This document shows positions 27,237 to 37,453 of a stretch of DNA of 64,000 nt, piece by piece. How positions within the stretch are numbered: position 1 is the stretch's first letter; each line of letters begins with the position of its first letter. The notes below the pieces were generated by a model. It made no database searches. It was not told the origin of the DNA and saw nothing but the letters and a program-made list of their open reading frames with translations. Source of the stretch: a bacterium. Its GTDB lineage: Bacteria > Patescibacteriota > Microgenomatia > JAMCZE01. Where the stretch lies: contig JAKBJL010000002.1 of NCBI GenBank assembly GCA_021836035.1, positions 3,691 to 67,690 of the forward strand. The letters are read 5' to 3'. The position numbers and the translations under genes are program-made.

Positions 27237-28209
27237 GTCTTACAATATTAACCAGCGCTTCTGGTTTTTGTTCCTCGAAAAACCACCCCGTCTTTCCCTG
27301 GATCACAGTCTCGGTTACTCCGCCCTTACCCAAAGCGATCACCGGCTTACCGAAACTCTGAGCTTCAACGGCAACGAGATTAAAATCTTCTTCTCCGGGA
27401 ATAACTACCGCCCGGCAATTATTATAATAACGGTTCCGCTCCTCATCTGTCAAACTTCCCAAGAAGTCAATATTTGTTTTCGCCAGCGCTTTTAATTTAC
27501 CTTCCTCGCGGCCGCTACCGATTATTTTTAGCGGCCAACCCAGTTGATTAAAAGCGGATACGGCGATATCTAACCGTTTCTGCGGCGCCAGGCGGGAAAC
27601 AATCAGATAAAAATCCCCCGGGGGCGACAGTTGGTCCAAAGAGCCTAAACTTTCTAATCCCACGGGCGGATAGATTACCGTGCTCTCCCGCTGATAATAT
27701 CTTTTAATCCTTAATCTTACCGTTTCCGAAATGGCCAGATAGATATCCGGGCGTTGGGCAATAATCCGGTCATACCATCTTAAATAATTTACCAAGGGTT
27801 TGGTTAGCATTTTAAAGGCGGCCGGCTTTCCGGAGAAATACTGCTCATAACCCGACCACAAATAACTTACCGGGGTAAGGCAGTAGCAGATATGCAAAGT
27901 CTGAGGTTTGGTGATCACGGCTTTGGCAAATTCGTGAGTGACGGTAATCACCAGATCGAAATCGTCTAAATTCAAAGTTTCAAAGGCGGGGCCCATTATA
28001 TATGGATAATATTCGTGTTCAGATTTGGGTAAGGGAGTATTTTGAATAAATGTTGTTCTCACATCAAATACATCAGCCCATGGTGCTCCGCTTATATCAT
28101 ACACAGAGGTGTAAAGCGGTGCTTCCGGCAGAATTTGATGCAGGGCTAATAATACCTGCTCCGCGCCGCCGAATTTATTAACCCGATCGTAAACCAACGC
28201 TGTCTTCAT
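27103..28209 (-). CDS. GT4 glycosyltransferase (WbaZ-like)
   Basis: GGAEQVL, VSRLAPQKR, EEDFNLVAVEAQSFGKPV. Confidence 0.9.
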   Translation of the reverse strand: MKTALVYDRVNKFGGAEQVLLALHQILPEAPLYTSVYDISGAPWADVFDVRTTFIQNTPLPKSEHEYYPYIMGPAFETLNLDDFDLVITVTHEFAKAVITKPQTLHICYCLTPVSYLWSGYEQYFSGKPAAFKMLTKPLVNYLRWYDRIIAQRPDIYLAISETVRLRIKRYYQRESTVIYPPVGLESLGSLDQLSPPGDFYLIVSRLAPQKRLDIAVSAFNQLGWPLKIIGSGREEGKLKALAKTNIDFLGSLTDEERNRYYNNCRAVVIPGEEDFNLVAVEAQSFGKPVIALGKGGVTETVIQGKTGWFFEEQKPEALVNIVRHADIDRIKPGDCRKNSERFGNDRFRSEFKNFISDSYRRFRRGNL

Positions 28210-29296
28210 AAATTTCCAGGGTTTGCCGGGCCATTTTTTGCCAGGAATATCTCTTTACCCGTTCCCTGCCCCTTGCCGCTAATTTTTTTTGCAGATCAAC
28301 ATCCCGGAGAACACGGATTACTTTCCCGGAGATATCCTGCCTGTCGCCCGGATTAAAGTAATAAGCGGCTTCTCCGTAGACTTCCCGTAATACGGGTATG
28401 TCCGAACAAACCACCGGCAACCCCGAATTCATAGCGTCCAAACCGGGTATTCCGAAACCTTCAATAAACGAGGGAAAAACATATATCCTGGCCCTGCGGT
28501 AGGCGGCCACCAACTGCGCCTCGCTTAAATAACCTAAAAAAAGAAGGTATTCCCCGGCGTTGTGTTCCTTAATTAATTGCGTAAAACGCCGGGTAAAAAC
28601 GGATCTGGCGGAACTGAAAATTAATTTTACTCCGCTTGCCCGATAAACCTCTTTCCAGGCGATAATCAGATTTTCCAAATTTTTATGGGGGTAGGCATTG
28701 CCCGTATAAATGGCAAAATTATCAGGTAAAACCAAATTGCCTAAATCCCCGTGATCTTCGGGACGGATGACGGGAGCTTCGTAAGTAACCCGGATCTTGC
28801 CGGGATTAAGCCGATACCGTCTAAATAACTCTGCTTTAACGCTTTCCGAGGGAACGATAATTTTGCCGCTGAAAAAGAGCACCCAGCGGAAGAGGAAACG
28901 GTAAACCAGATATTTAAGCCAATAAACCAGCGGTTGCCGGGTGGTCGTTGCCCGCCCCCGGGACTCGTGCTTAATAAGGTCGTGGATCGTCACTACGTAA
29001 CGCCCCAGGTAAAACAGGGGTACGTTAATGCTCGGAAAATGCACCAGATCGGGACGCAGCTTATATAATAGGTATGGCAGCAGCCACTGCTCTTTGAGGC
29101 TGTATGCCACCGCTTCCGCCTCAACCTTATGAAAATTGGCAGGCAAGTTAACCTCGCTCATCATTTCCCGCCTCAGGAGCAGAAAGTATTCATTCCGGCT
29201 ATCAATACGGGCAAGCTCATATACAAGCTCCCGGGTATAAATACCTAAGCCGGTATGCGTCGGGCCCCAAAAACGACCGTCAAGACAGATTTTCAT
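28178..29296 (-). CDS. GT4 glycosyltransferase
   Basis: VTIHDL, PHKNL, PSFIEGFGIPGLDAM. Confidence 0.9.
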   Translation of the reverse strand: MKICLDGRFWGPTHTGLGIYTRELVYELARIDSRNEYFLLLRREMMSEVNLPANFHKVEAEAVAYSLKEQWLLPYLLYKLRPDLVHFPSINVPLFYLGRYVVTIHDLIKHESRGRATTTRQPLVYWLKYLVYRFLFRWVLFFSGKIIVPSESVKAELFRRYRLNPGKIRVTYEAPVIRPEDHGDLGNLVLPDNFAIYTGNAYPHKNLENLIIAWKEVYRASGVKLIFSSARSVFTRRFTQLIKEHNAGEYLLFLGYLSEAQLVAAYRRARIYVFPSFIEGFGIPGLDAMNSGLPVVCSDIPVLREVYGEAAYYFNPGDRQDISGKVIRVLRDVDLQKKLAARGRERVKRYSWQKMARQTLEIYEDSVGLRSG

Positions 29297-30213
29297 AAAC
29301 CGAAAGAGGAAAAATACTTTTCCAGGGCAATTCCCCCGAAAACCAGACGGCTGATAAAACCGGGGTATTTATCCTGATAATGTTTCCGGTAAAAAATGCC
29401 CATCGCTTCGTAGCGGGCGTTATGCCAGAGCTTTTTGACTTCCCGGGAGGCCTTGCTCACTTCCCGTGATACTTTCTTTAAACCGCTGCTGGCTCCCCAA
29501 TAGTGAACAATCCGGACCTCCGGGTTAAACATCACTTTATAACCGAGCTGCTTTACCCGGTAACACATTTCGATATCTTCACCGTAAGAATAATAATCTT
29601 CATCAAACCAGCCGATCAGGTTGAGAATTCTTCTGCGGATCAGAAGAAAAGTGCCGGAACAGGCATCAATTTCATGGACCGTATTTAGCGGAAGATATGT
29701 CGCGGTATAACCGGAAAAAAGCTTACTGCGGGGGAAAAGCCGGGAGAGACCGGAAAAATAGCAAAGCGAGTTCCAGGGACTGGGAAAGCCGCGGTGGCTG
29801 GCATAATAAAACCTGCCGTCGGCCAGATCAACCCGGCAGGTACTGATGCCAATTGCGGTATCATCATCCATAAAAGCGACCATGCAGGGAAGAGTCTTCG
29901 GAAAAACCTTTGTATCGGAATTTAAAAACAAGACATATTCTCCGCGGCTAAAATTCCGGGCCAGATTATTGCCGCGGGTAAAACCGCAATTAAGCTTGCT
30001 CCGGACGATTTTAACCCGGGGGAAAAGACTGCCCACCATCTTTACCGAATCGTCCGTGCTGGCATTATCCACCACTATAATTTCATAATCGGGGCGGTCC
30101 GGCAGGGAGGCAAGACACTGCTCCAAAAGCTCCCGGGTATTGTAATTGAGAATTACTACCGAAAGCTTGATATTTGAGTCCTGAAAGTTAATTTCTCCGG
30201 GCGGTTTCGGCAT
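29293..30213 (-). CDS. GT2 glycosyltransferase (WbbL-like)
   Basis: VILNYN, VVDNASTD, FLNSD, YGEDIE; start uncertain. Confidence 0.9.
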   Translation of the reverse strand: MPKPPGEINFQDSNIKLSVVILNYNTRELLEQCLASLPDRPDYEIIVVDNASTDDSVKMVGSLFPRVKIVRSKLNCGFTRGNNLARNFSRGEYVLFLNSDTKVFPKTLPCMVAFMDDDTAIGISTCRVDLADGRFYYASHRGFPSPWNSLCYFSGLSRLFPRSKLFSGYTATYLPLNTVHEIDACSGTFLLIRRRILNLIGWFDEDYYSYGEDIEMCYRVKQLGYKVMFNPEVRIVHYWGASSGLKKVSREVSKASREVKKLWHNARYEAMGIFYRKHYQDKYPGFISRLVFGGIALEKYFSSFGL

Positions 30214-31399
30214 AAATGTTATCCAGGCGGCTGGAGATAACTTCCCAGTCAAAATCACGGGCGACTAATTCGTACGCTTCCCGGGAAATTCTCCCGGCTA
30301 ATTTTCGGTTGCGGATAACTTCCACCGCCATGGCGGCTAACTCATCGGGATCGTTGCTGATCAGTGCGTGAACTTTATTTATCGCCCCGATGCCTTCGAT
30401 ACCGATCTGGGTAGCTACTACCGGTAACCGGGAAGCCATCGATTCTAAAATTTTATACCGGGTGCCACCGCCTCCGAAAAGCGGGGCCAACAAAACCTGG
30501 GAAGTCTGATAAGCCGAACGGATATCTTCAATGTCCTCAGAAACCCGGATATCCAAAGAAGCAAATTTTTTAATTTCCGGAGTGGGACTTCGACCGACAA
30601 TCCAGAGGCGGGCATCCGCCATTTGTTTTTTGATCCGCGGCCAAATTTCCTTAACTAAAATCGCTACCGCTTCCCGGTTCTGCAGCCAATTAAAGTTCCC
30701 CACAAAGAGAAAAGTTCGCGCTTTTGCATCGGGCCGGTATAGCCGTTGGGAGAAAAAGAGAGTATCCACACCGTTGGGCACAATACCCACGTTTAAGCCG
30801 GGCACTAAATCGGTCATTTTCTTTTGGTCGGCTTCGGACATCGCGGCGACTTTTTTTGCTTTCCGCCAATAGTATTGCTCCCAGTACTTGTGCTTGACCG
30901 AATCGATATACAGCAGGGGTTTAAGCGACCAGAGGGGATAGAAATGCCACCAGGGGGAGGTTTCGGCATAATGCTGGTAAACCAGATATTCAATTGTCTG
31001 TTCTGCCAAAAGCACCGGAACCGGAGTTGCCGGCAGGTTCGGCATAATGTAATAAGTTTCCACATGGATTAAATCGTAATGGGTCTGATTTAATTCCCGG
31101 GCAATTCCCTCCTGAACTTTCCGGTCAAGGTACATATTGACTAAATACGGATAGAGCGAAAAGCCCGTTTTTATAATTTTCCCCGCCGAAGAAAAAGATT
31201 TATGGCGGCGAAATATCTCCACCTTTTGGCAATATTTTCTTAATTCGGCAAGGTCCGGTTCCTTTTGGTCCGTCCGTAAAAAAGAAAAGGAAGTAATCTC
31301 GTGTTTCCGGGAGAGGTTTTTTATCAAATTAAAAGTGCGTGTCTGGCCGCCGGAATTGGGCGGATAAGGTACATAAGGGGTAAACATTAAAATCCGCAT
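30188..31399 (-). CDS. GT4 glycosyltransferase
   Basis: PYPPNSGG, FVGNFNWLQN, GGGTRYKILESM. Confidence 0.9.
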   Translation of the reverse strand: MRILMFTPYVPYPPNSGGQTRTFNLIKNLSRKHEITSFSFLRTDQKEPDLAELRKYCQKVEIFRRHKSFSSAGKIIKTGFSLYPYLVNMYLDRKVQEGIARELNQTHYDLIHVETYYIMPNLPATPVPVLLAEQTIEYLVYQHYAETSPWWHFYPLWSLKPLLYIDSVKHKYWEQYYWRKAKKVAAMSEADQKKMTDLVPGLNVGIVPNGVDTLFFSQRLYRPDAKARTFLFVGNFNWLQNREAVAILVKEIWPRIKKQMADARLWIVGRSPTPEIKKFASLDIRVSEDIEDIRSAYQTSQVLLAPLFGGGGTRYKILESMASRLPVVATQIGIEGIGAINKVHALISNDPDELAAMAVEVIRNRKLAGRISREAYELVARDFDWEVISSRLDNIYAETARRN

Positions 31400-31405
31400 A
31401 AACTT

Positions 31406-34400
31406 TTAATCGGGGAGTAAATTATCCGGAACCAATTGGATAATGACGTATTGATCGGTTCTGGCCAGCAGGATATAGGGGTGATTAATATCGACGGGGC
31501 TGGATCCCCCCGCCGGTCGGGACCGGGCGATCAGCCGGTTAGTTAAATCGTCAAATTTCACGCTGACATAATAATCTGCCCCCTGGCTGATCATCTCGTC
31601 AATCGGTTTTTCCACAAGCGGCCAGCCTTTAAGGCCCGTCTGGTATAAAAAGGCGGTATCCCCGTCATAGGGGGCGATCGCCAGGGCTTTTTCGTGTTTT
31701 TGCTCCACCAGAGACCAGAGCTCCCGTCCGGCGGCAACTATTTCCGGATGGTTGATGTTATATAAATCCCGGACGAAGTACCAGCCGAAACCCAACATAA
31801 AAAGCGCGGCGACAAATCCTAAGGGTAGTGCCACAAATTTCTGCAAAAACTGATCGCCGCTAAAGAGGAGATATTCCAAACCACTGCCTACCAGAATTGA
31901 AAGTGCCGGAACAATAAGGATCTGATAATAATCATGCCGGACATTGCCGGTGGCAAAAATAACCAGATATAAAACGGAGGCAAGGAAAAGTACCAGCGGA
32001 AAGAAGCGGTAGCGGCCGGAGTATTTGCGGATAAGCCCCAAACCTACCAGAACCAGGCCCCAATATCCCAGAATTAACCTGCCTATCCGATCCGCAAAAA
32101 GCCAGTACCAAAAAGCGCCTTTAAACCTGATCCCGTCACCGTTTAACAGCCAGGAATTGGCCGGAATTCCTTCCGGAAATTGGTTCATCCAAAGGCGCCA
32201 GAGAACCAGGGGAACCGCTGCCAATACCAATCCTCCCGCTAAATAAAATAAGTTTTTTACTCTCCCCCGTTTCCAACTGGCAACCATTAAATAAGCAATG
32301 GGAATCAGGAGAAAAACCGCGAAGGGTTTTACCAGTAAAGCCGTAGAGGCAAAAAACGCCGCTAAAACCACATACCGCCAGCGGTATTCTTCCAGATATT
32401 TTATGCTCCACCAAATCGCTCCCAGGGAGAGCGCCACCATCAAAGTATCCGGCAAAACAGTTCTCCCGTAGTAAATACTATATGGCGTAAAGGAGTAGGC
32501 AATAGCTGTCAGGTAAGCGATACGGCGATTTAAAATTTTCCGGCAGATCAGAAACAGCAAAAGGGCTGCCGATACTGAAGCCAAAGCCGTAGTCGCTCTC
32601 CCCGCCTCCTCAACAGAAAATTCGGGAACCAGTTTAAGCATTAAAACCGAGGCGGCGTTATATAAAGGAAATTCCACGAAACGCCATCCTTGCGGATTGG
32701 GTTTACCCGAAGGGACGGAAGAGATATCTTCAAAAGTCGGGTAGAGCCAATTAATACTTCCGGCGCGGACAAAATCGCGGGTAACCGCGGAGGTGTCCGC
32801 CTGGCGCCAGGAATGCCAATCCGCTAAAGGACTGGCTAATTTATATGTGCGTATAGCAAAAGCTACCAGCAATATAAGAGTAAGCCAGAGGAAATCGGAG
32901 AGGAAAAACCGCCAGATTCGTTGCCCGTATTCCCGCCAGGGTATTTTTAACCTCAGGGGCTGGTAATCCGCGGTAATTTTATCCCGCACAAGATATAGGC
33001 TGCCCATGGTTATTCCGGCGATTCCCCAGAAGACATAAGCGACTTTACTGGCTTCAAAGATATCAATATACATGGCATTGACCAACAAACCGCCGACCAA
33101 GCCGATAAATCCGGCACCTAGCGAATATAAAAAGGGGTCTTTAATTCCCCCGAGGGATTTGAAAGTCAAAATCGCCATGATTAACAAGGTACCGAAAAAG
33201 GCGGCAAACCCCAAAAAGCCGGTTTCCCCTAAAGCGCGCAGATAGTCGTTGTCCGTTGATTCCGCTTCCGTAAATTCGTACTTCGTAGTTTTGGTTAAGG
33301 TGGCATACCCCGTTCCCAACAAAGGATCGGTCGTAAACCCTTTAATCGCCCGCGGCCAGGTAGCGTCAAAACGGATACCGGTGGAGAGATCGTACATCAG
33401 GGCGTTTTGCGAATAAGTCCGCTGCTTCGGCACCAGAATTTTTTTACCGCTGGCTGAAGTGGTCGCCACCAGGAGGGGAATTTCTTTTCCGGTCACATCG
33501 CTGGGTTTTTGCCCCGGCTTCAGGGTACTCGGCGGCTGATCGGTTTCGGAAGTTACGGCAGCCAGGTTGTTTTCCAAAAAAAACGCTTTATCGGTCGGGC
33601 GGCTTTTTGCCGGGCTTAAAAGTACTTGCCGCAGGCCTTCAACGCGATCGGAAATTTTTAAGAGATGAAGGAAGCGTTCGGAAAGGTCGCCGAAGGAAAG
33701 CATGACAAAAAGGGAAAGAAAAACGACGGTTAGCCACCTGCTAATCCCCCATCCGACACCCCGCCGGTACATCCAGAGAAATACGACTATCGTTACGCCG
33801 CAAAGATAGGCGGCAAAGGAAATCCGGGAGGCGGTTAATATTAACAGCCAAAAACCTCCGCTGACCAAAAGCGCGATTATTAACTTGGCCCAGCGATTGG
33901 GCGCTCCGAAATAAAAACTCCAGCCTAAGGTCAGGGCGATAACCAAATAACCCGCCAAATCGTAATGACCGCCGAAAGTGGACAAGACCCGGGCATGCTC
34001 CGTAAGATAAAGCCACCAGCCCTTGGAAAATTCCCGGTTCATCGTGGAAAAAGCCGGCCAATAAAGATATTTCTGCCCGTAACCGTAAATAATCACCGCG
34101 GCCATCGTCAGGAAAAAGAGCCACAGGAAAACGCGCGCCGATTTCAGGGATCTTATGGAGCTAAAAAGAATAAAAAATAAGGAAAAATATTCGACGCGGC
34201 GTAACCAATGCAGAAAAGTCTTGCCCGCATGCAGATATTCCAGGGGGACCGTCTGTAAAATAAAGATCGCGGCAATTACCGAGAGAAAACCGAAAAAAAG
34301 GTAAGTAAAAAGGCCGGCCACCACGGGACTGAGATGAAATAAGACCTTGCGGCGCAAAAGCTGAACGATATAAAACAGGAGCGTTCCTGCGACGAATAAG

Positions 34401-34540
34401 TCCTCCAGACGGGCCCGGACGATATATCCGGGTATCACATCAAAAAGCGGCCACTTGGGATATAGCGGAATAAATACCAGTAAAAAACCGGCTAAAACCG
34501 GAAGAAGATTGTTATCCAGCCAGGAAAAAATACGGCGCAT
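31406..34540 (-). CDS. O-antigen ligase-like domain fused to a GT-C (PMT_2/ArnT-like) transferase
   Basis: N-half has TASR, R...WPRA...PLLGTG, DNDYLR..GETG; C-half has DWHSWRQADT, VEFPLY, HDYY; one uninterrupted frame. Confidence 0.8.
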   Translation of the reverse strand: MRRIFSWLDNNLLPVLAGFLLVFIPLYPKWPLFDVIPGYIVRARLEDLFVAGTLLFYIVQLLRRKVLFHLSPVVAGLFTYLFFGFLSVIAAIFILQTVPLEYLHAGKTFLHWLRRVEYFSLFFILFSSIRSLKSARVFLWLFFLTMAAVIIYGYGQKYLYWPAFSTMNREFSKGWWLYLTEHARVLSTFGGHYDLAGYLVIALTLGWSFYFGAPNRWAKLIIALLVSGGFWLLILTASRISFAAYLCGVTIVVFLWMYRRGVGWGISRWLTVVFLSLFVMLSFGDLSERFLHLLKISDRVEGLRQVLLSPAKSRPTDKAFFLENNLAAVTSETDQPPSTLKPGQKPSDVTGKEIPLLVATTSASGKKILVPKQRTYSQNALMYDLSTGIRFDATWPRAIKGFTTDPLLGTGYATLTKTTKYEFTEAESTDNDYLRALGETGFLGFAAFFGTLLIMAILTFKSLGGIKDPFLYSLGAGFIGLVGGLLVNAMYIDIFEASKVAYVFWGIAGITMGSLYLVRDKITADYQPLRLKIPWREYGQRIWRFFLSDFLWLTLILLVAFAIRTYKLASPLADWHSWRQADTSAVTRDFVRAGSINWLYPTFEDISSVPSGKPNPQGWRFVEFPLYNAASVLMLKLVPEFSVEEAGRATTALASVSAALLLFLICRKILNRRIAYLTAIAYSFTPYSIYYGRTVLPDTLMVALSLGAIWWSIKYLEEYRWRYVVLAAFFASTALLVKPFAVFLLIPIAYLMVASWKRGRVKNLFYLAGGLVLAAVPLVLWRLWMNQFPEGIPANSWLLNGDGIRFKGAFWYWLFADRIGRLILGYWGLVLVGLGLIRKYSGRYRFFPLVLFLASVLYLVIFATGNVRHDYYQILIVPALSILVGSGLEYLLFSGDQFLQKFVALPLGFVAALFMLGFGWYFVRDLYNINHPEIVAAGRELWSLVEQKHEKALAIAPYDGDTAFLYQTGLKGWPLVEKPIDEMISQGADYYVSVKFDDLTNRLIARSRPAGGSSPVDINHPYILLARTDQYVIIQLVPDNLLPD

Positions 34541-35148
34541 TATTGAAACCACCTCGCTCTTCCCAGGCGGTAATTTAGATCCCGATTTTTCCTTTCGCTG
34601 ATTTTCACCGCCGGGACACCCCCCACAACGGCAAAGTCCTCGATATCTTTGGTTACCACTGCTCCCGCGCCGATGACCGCTCCCCGCCCCACATGCACCC
34701 CCGGTAAAATTATCGCCCGCGGCCCGACAAAAACATAATCCCCGATGACGACCGGTTCTTCAATAACTTTACCGGCCCCGGCAAAATCCGCCTCCTGGAT
34801 ATTATGCTCGCTGTTGTAAATTAAGACCTGAGAGGCGATATCCACATGGTTGCCGATAGTTAAAGGCGCCCGTCCGTCCAGAAATACATGATCGCCGATA
34901 AGCGAATCGTTGCCTATTTTTATCCCTTGCGGCTGATAGAAACGGGCATAAGTATGGATCGTGCTGCCCTCGCCGATCTGCATACCGGCAAGGCGATAAA
35001 AGAAACGGCGGAGATGATGGAGCGGTATCCCGCCCACCCAATAAAGCCACATCAGACACCAATCAAGCCAATAATTAGCCAGCCGCTTTTTAATCTTCGG
35101 CCAGGCCGCCGCAAAGGATAGTTCCCGTCCGTATTTATCTCTAAACAT
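34540..35148 (-). CDS. Hexapeptide-repeat O-acetyltransferase
   Basis: LbH repeats, PVVIGDYVFVG, GAGAVVTKD, GGVPA. Confidence 0.9.
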   Translation of the reverse strand: MFRDKYGRELSFAAAWPKIKKRLANYWLDWCLMWLYWVGGIPLHHLRRFFYRLAGMQIGEGSTIHTYARFYQPQGIKIGNDSLIGDHVFLDGRAPLTIGNHVDIASQVLIYNSEHNIQEADFAGAGKVIEEPVVIGDYVFVGPRAIILPGVHVGRGAVIGAGAVVTKDIEDFAVVGGVPAVKISERKNRDLNYRLGRARWFQ

Positions 35149-35156
35149 ATTTTGCC

Positions 35157-36305
35157 CTACCCCTTAGCCTCAATTAATATTTCCAGAGCCTGTTTTGCTG
35201 CTACTTCCCAATTATACCGTTTTGCCTGGCGCAAACCCAACTTAATCCTTTTTTGGCGTTCCTGCGGGGAAAGGTTAAGTACCTCCCGCAGCCGCAGGGT
35301 AATTTCGTCCGTTTGCAGGGGATTTTGAATAAAAATAGGCGCCGGGCCGCAGATCTCCGGTAAGCTGGTAACCCGCGATACAACCAGGGGAACCCCGGTA
35401 GCCATCGCTTCTACGGCCGGGATACCGAAACCCTCGTAAAGACTGGGCAAAAGATAAGCCTGGGACCCGGCTAATAATAGCGGCACGTCGGCGTCGCTGA
35501 CAAAACCGGTAAAGATTACCCGGTCGTTAAGCTCCAGCTCCTTAACTTTACCGAAAATCTGGCTGTACATCCATCCGCCCCGCCCTTCCCGGATCATCCC
35601 GGCGACCACCAGCCGGACATTTTTATCTTCCAGTTGCTTAAAAGCTTCAATCAGGCGCACTAAATTTTTCCGTGGCTGCAGGGTACCTAAATAAAATAAA
35701 TACCTCTCGCCGGTCCGGTACTTTTCTTTTACTTCCCGGATTTTTTCCGTTTGCCCGGCTACCTGCGGGTTAAAACGGTCCCGGTCATAGCCGGGATAAA
35801 CTACCCGAACTTTGTCTTCGGAAAAACCGTATTTTTCCAGGATGGCTTTTTTGCTGAATTCCGAAATCGTGAGGATTTTCCGGGCGAATTTAGCCGAGAG
35901 CAGAGTCCAATATTTTAACTGGTAGTAGTCCTTTTTCTTAAAATACTGCGGAAAAACCGTAAAAGACAGGTCCATAACGGCAATAACGGAGGGCATCGGA
36001 CAAATTAAAGGAGCGTAATGGGTGGGGGTGAAAAAGAGATCCGGCGCCCTGCCGCTAAATTTCGCTTTTAAAAGCTCTCCCTGTAGCGTAGTTAAAGTCC
36101 ATAAATTTCCGCCCGGCAGCACTTGGTAGAGCCAATTGCCGGTTTCCCGCGGCATGTCCGGTAAGGGAGCTTTTTCTAAATAGACACAAAATCGCAGCGC
36201 CGGTGTGGCTAACCGCCGCAGCCCCTTAAGCAGTTCATAACCGTACTGGCCGATACCGACGCGGTGGGTTACGTTGGCTTCGTTGCCGTTAATACCGATG
36301 ATCAT
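35157..36305 (-). CDS. GT4 glycosyltransferase
   Basis: GTLQPRKNL, PSLYEGFGIPAVEAM. Confidence 0.9.
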   Translation of the reverse strand: MIIGINGNEANVTHRVGIGQYGYELLKGLRRLATPALRFCVYLEKAPLPDMPRETGNWLYQVLPGGNLWTLTTLQGELLKAKFSGRAPDLFFTPTHYAPLICPMPSVIAVMDLSFTVFPQYFKKKDYYQLKYWTLLSAKFARKILTISEFSKKAILEKYGFSEDKVRVVYPGYDRDRFNPQVAGQTEKIREVKEKYRTGERYLFYLGTLQPRKNLVRLIEAFKQLEDKNVRLVVAGMIREGRGGWMYSQIFGKVKELELNDRVIFTGFVSDADVPLLLAGSQAYLLPSLYEGFGIPAVEAMATGVPLVVSRVTSLPEICGPAPIFIQNPLQTDEITLRLREVLNLSPQERQKRIKLGLRQAKRYNWEVAAKQALEILIEAKG

Positions 36306-37453
36306 TTATATTCCAGACGGTAAAGATTAAGCTTACCCAGTTTCCATGACCGGGAAACACGGACGGGTTTAAAGGCAGCTACTTCGTAGGTTCTATTATA
36401 AAGAACTTCCGCCGGTTCGGCAAAAGAAGTAACGTACAGATGGTCGGCAACGGCATATTCTCCGACCCCTAAGGGATTGGTTCCCGCCAGCTCCAGAAAA
36501 TAGCGGTAAGAGGTCGCCCGGGTATCGCTATCGGTAAAAGAGGCGATGTTAAAATTTAAACCGTTTTTCTGGTCAGCGGCAACCAGGGCGCACAAACGAC
36601 GGATATTTGCGGGATTCACGGCGGGCTGCGGCACTTGCCTGCCCAGCCAGAGCAAGCTCATGACCAGCGAGCCGGACACTGCCGCCAGACCGATTTTACG
36701 GTCCAGCTTACTTAAAAGCAGCGCCAGAACGGGCAATAAAGCCAGAAAATAATGGAAATTAAACCCGCGGTAAGCAGTATCTGCCTGAAGCAAACCCCAA
36801 TATCCCCGGAGATATAAAAAATTATGCCGTAAATCAAAAATAAGAAGCGGCGCAATCCCGACCAAAAAACCGCCCAGGATTTTGGCGATATTTTTCCGGC
36901 CGCCGGCAAAAATCAGCAGGGGCGCCAGGGCAATTGTCGTAATATGCAATTGAAACGCCAACCCCCCAAAGATACCCGCCAGAAAATATTTTTTCCTAAA
37001 AAACGCCAGCAGAAAACCGGCCGCGAAAAGAGGGATCGTGTTGGGATTCCAGGCCCAGCGGTTATAGATTACCGCCAGGGGAAAAACGGCATAAAAAGCC
37101 GCCGAAATTAAACTCCGGTTGGTAAAATAGATCAGCAATACCGTCGCCACCCCCAACAACGCCGTCCAATAATACGGACCGATCGGATCAAAACGGGAAA
37201 CGGCTAAAGCCGGGGCCATTAAATAATAATGCAGGGGCCCGAAGTAGATAATCTTATTGCCGATTTTGGTTTCCGGTCCCAGAAGCGTCAGTTTGTGTTT
37301 TAGTACCATCTCTCTTTCTATCAGGCTGTCCCGGGCTTCATCGTAATGAAAACCGGCCAGCTCCGAAAGCCGATAAAAACGCAGGAAAGAGGCGAGAAAA
37401 AGGACCAGGGCTAATGCTAAAATGGTGCGGATGGGCAAACTGATACTAGCCAT
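36302..37453 (-). CDS. GT-C membrane glycosyltransferase
   Basis: LRFYRL...YDEARD, GPLHYYL, WNPN; multi-TM. Confidence 0.75.
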   Translation of the reverse strand: MASISLPIRTILALALVLFLASFLRFYRLSELAGFHYDEARDSLIEREMVLKHKLTLLGPETKIGNKIIYFGPLHYYLMAPALAVSRFDPIGPYYWTALLGVATVLLIYFTNRSLISAAFYAVFPLAVIYNRWAWNPNTIPLFAAGFLLAFFRKKYFLAGIFGGLAFQLHITTIALAPLLIFAGGRKNIAKILGGFLVGIAPLLIFDLRHNFLYLRGYWGLLQADTAYRGFNFHYFLALLPVLALLLSKLDRKIGLAAVSGSLVMSLLWLGRQVPQPAVNPANIRRLCALVAADQKNGLNFNIASFTDSDTRATSYRYFLELAGTNPLGVGEYAVADHLYVTSFAEPAEVLYNRTYEVAAFKPVRVSRSWKLGKLNLYRLEYK

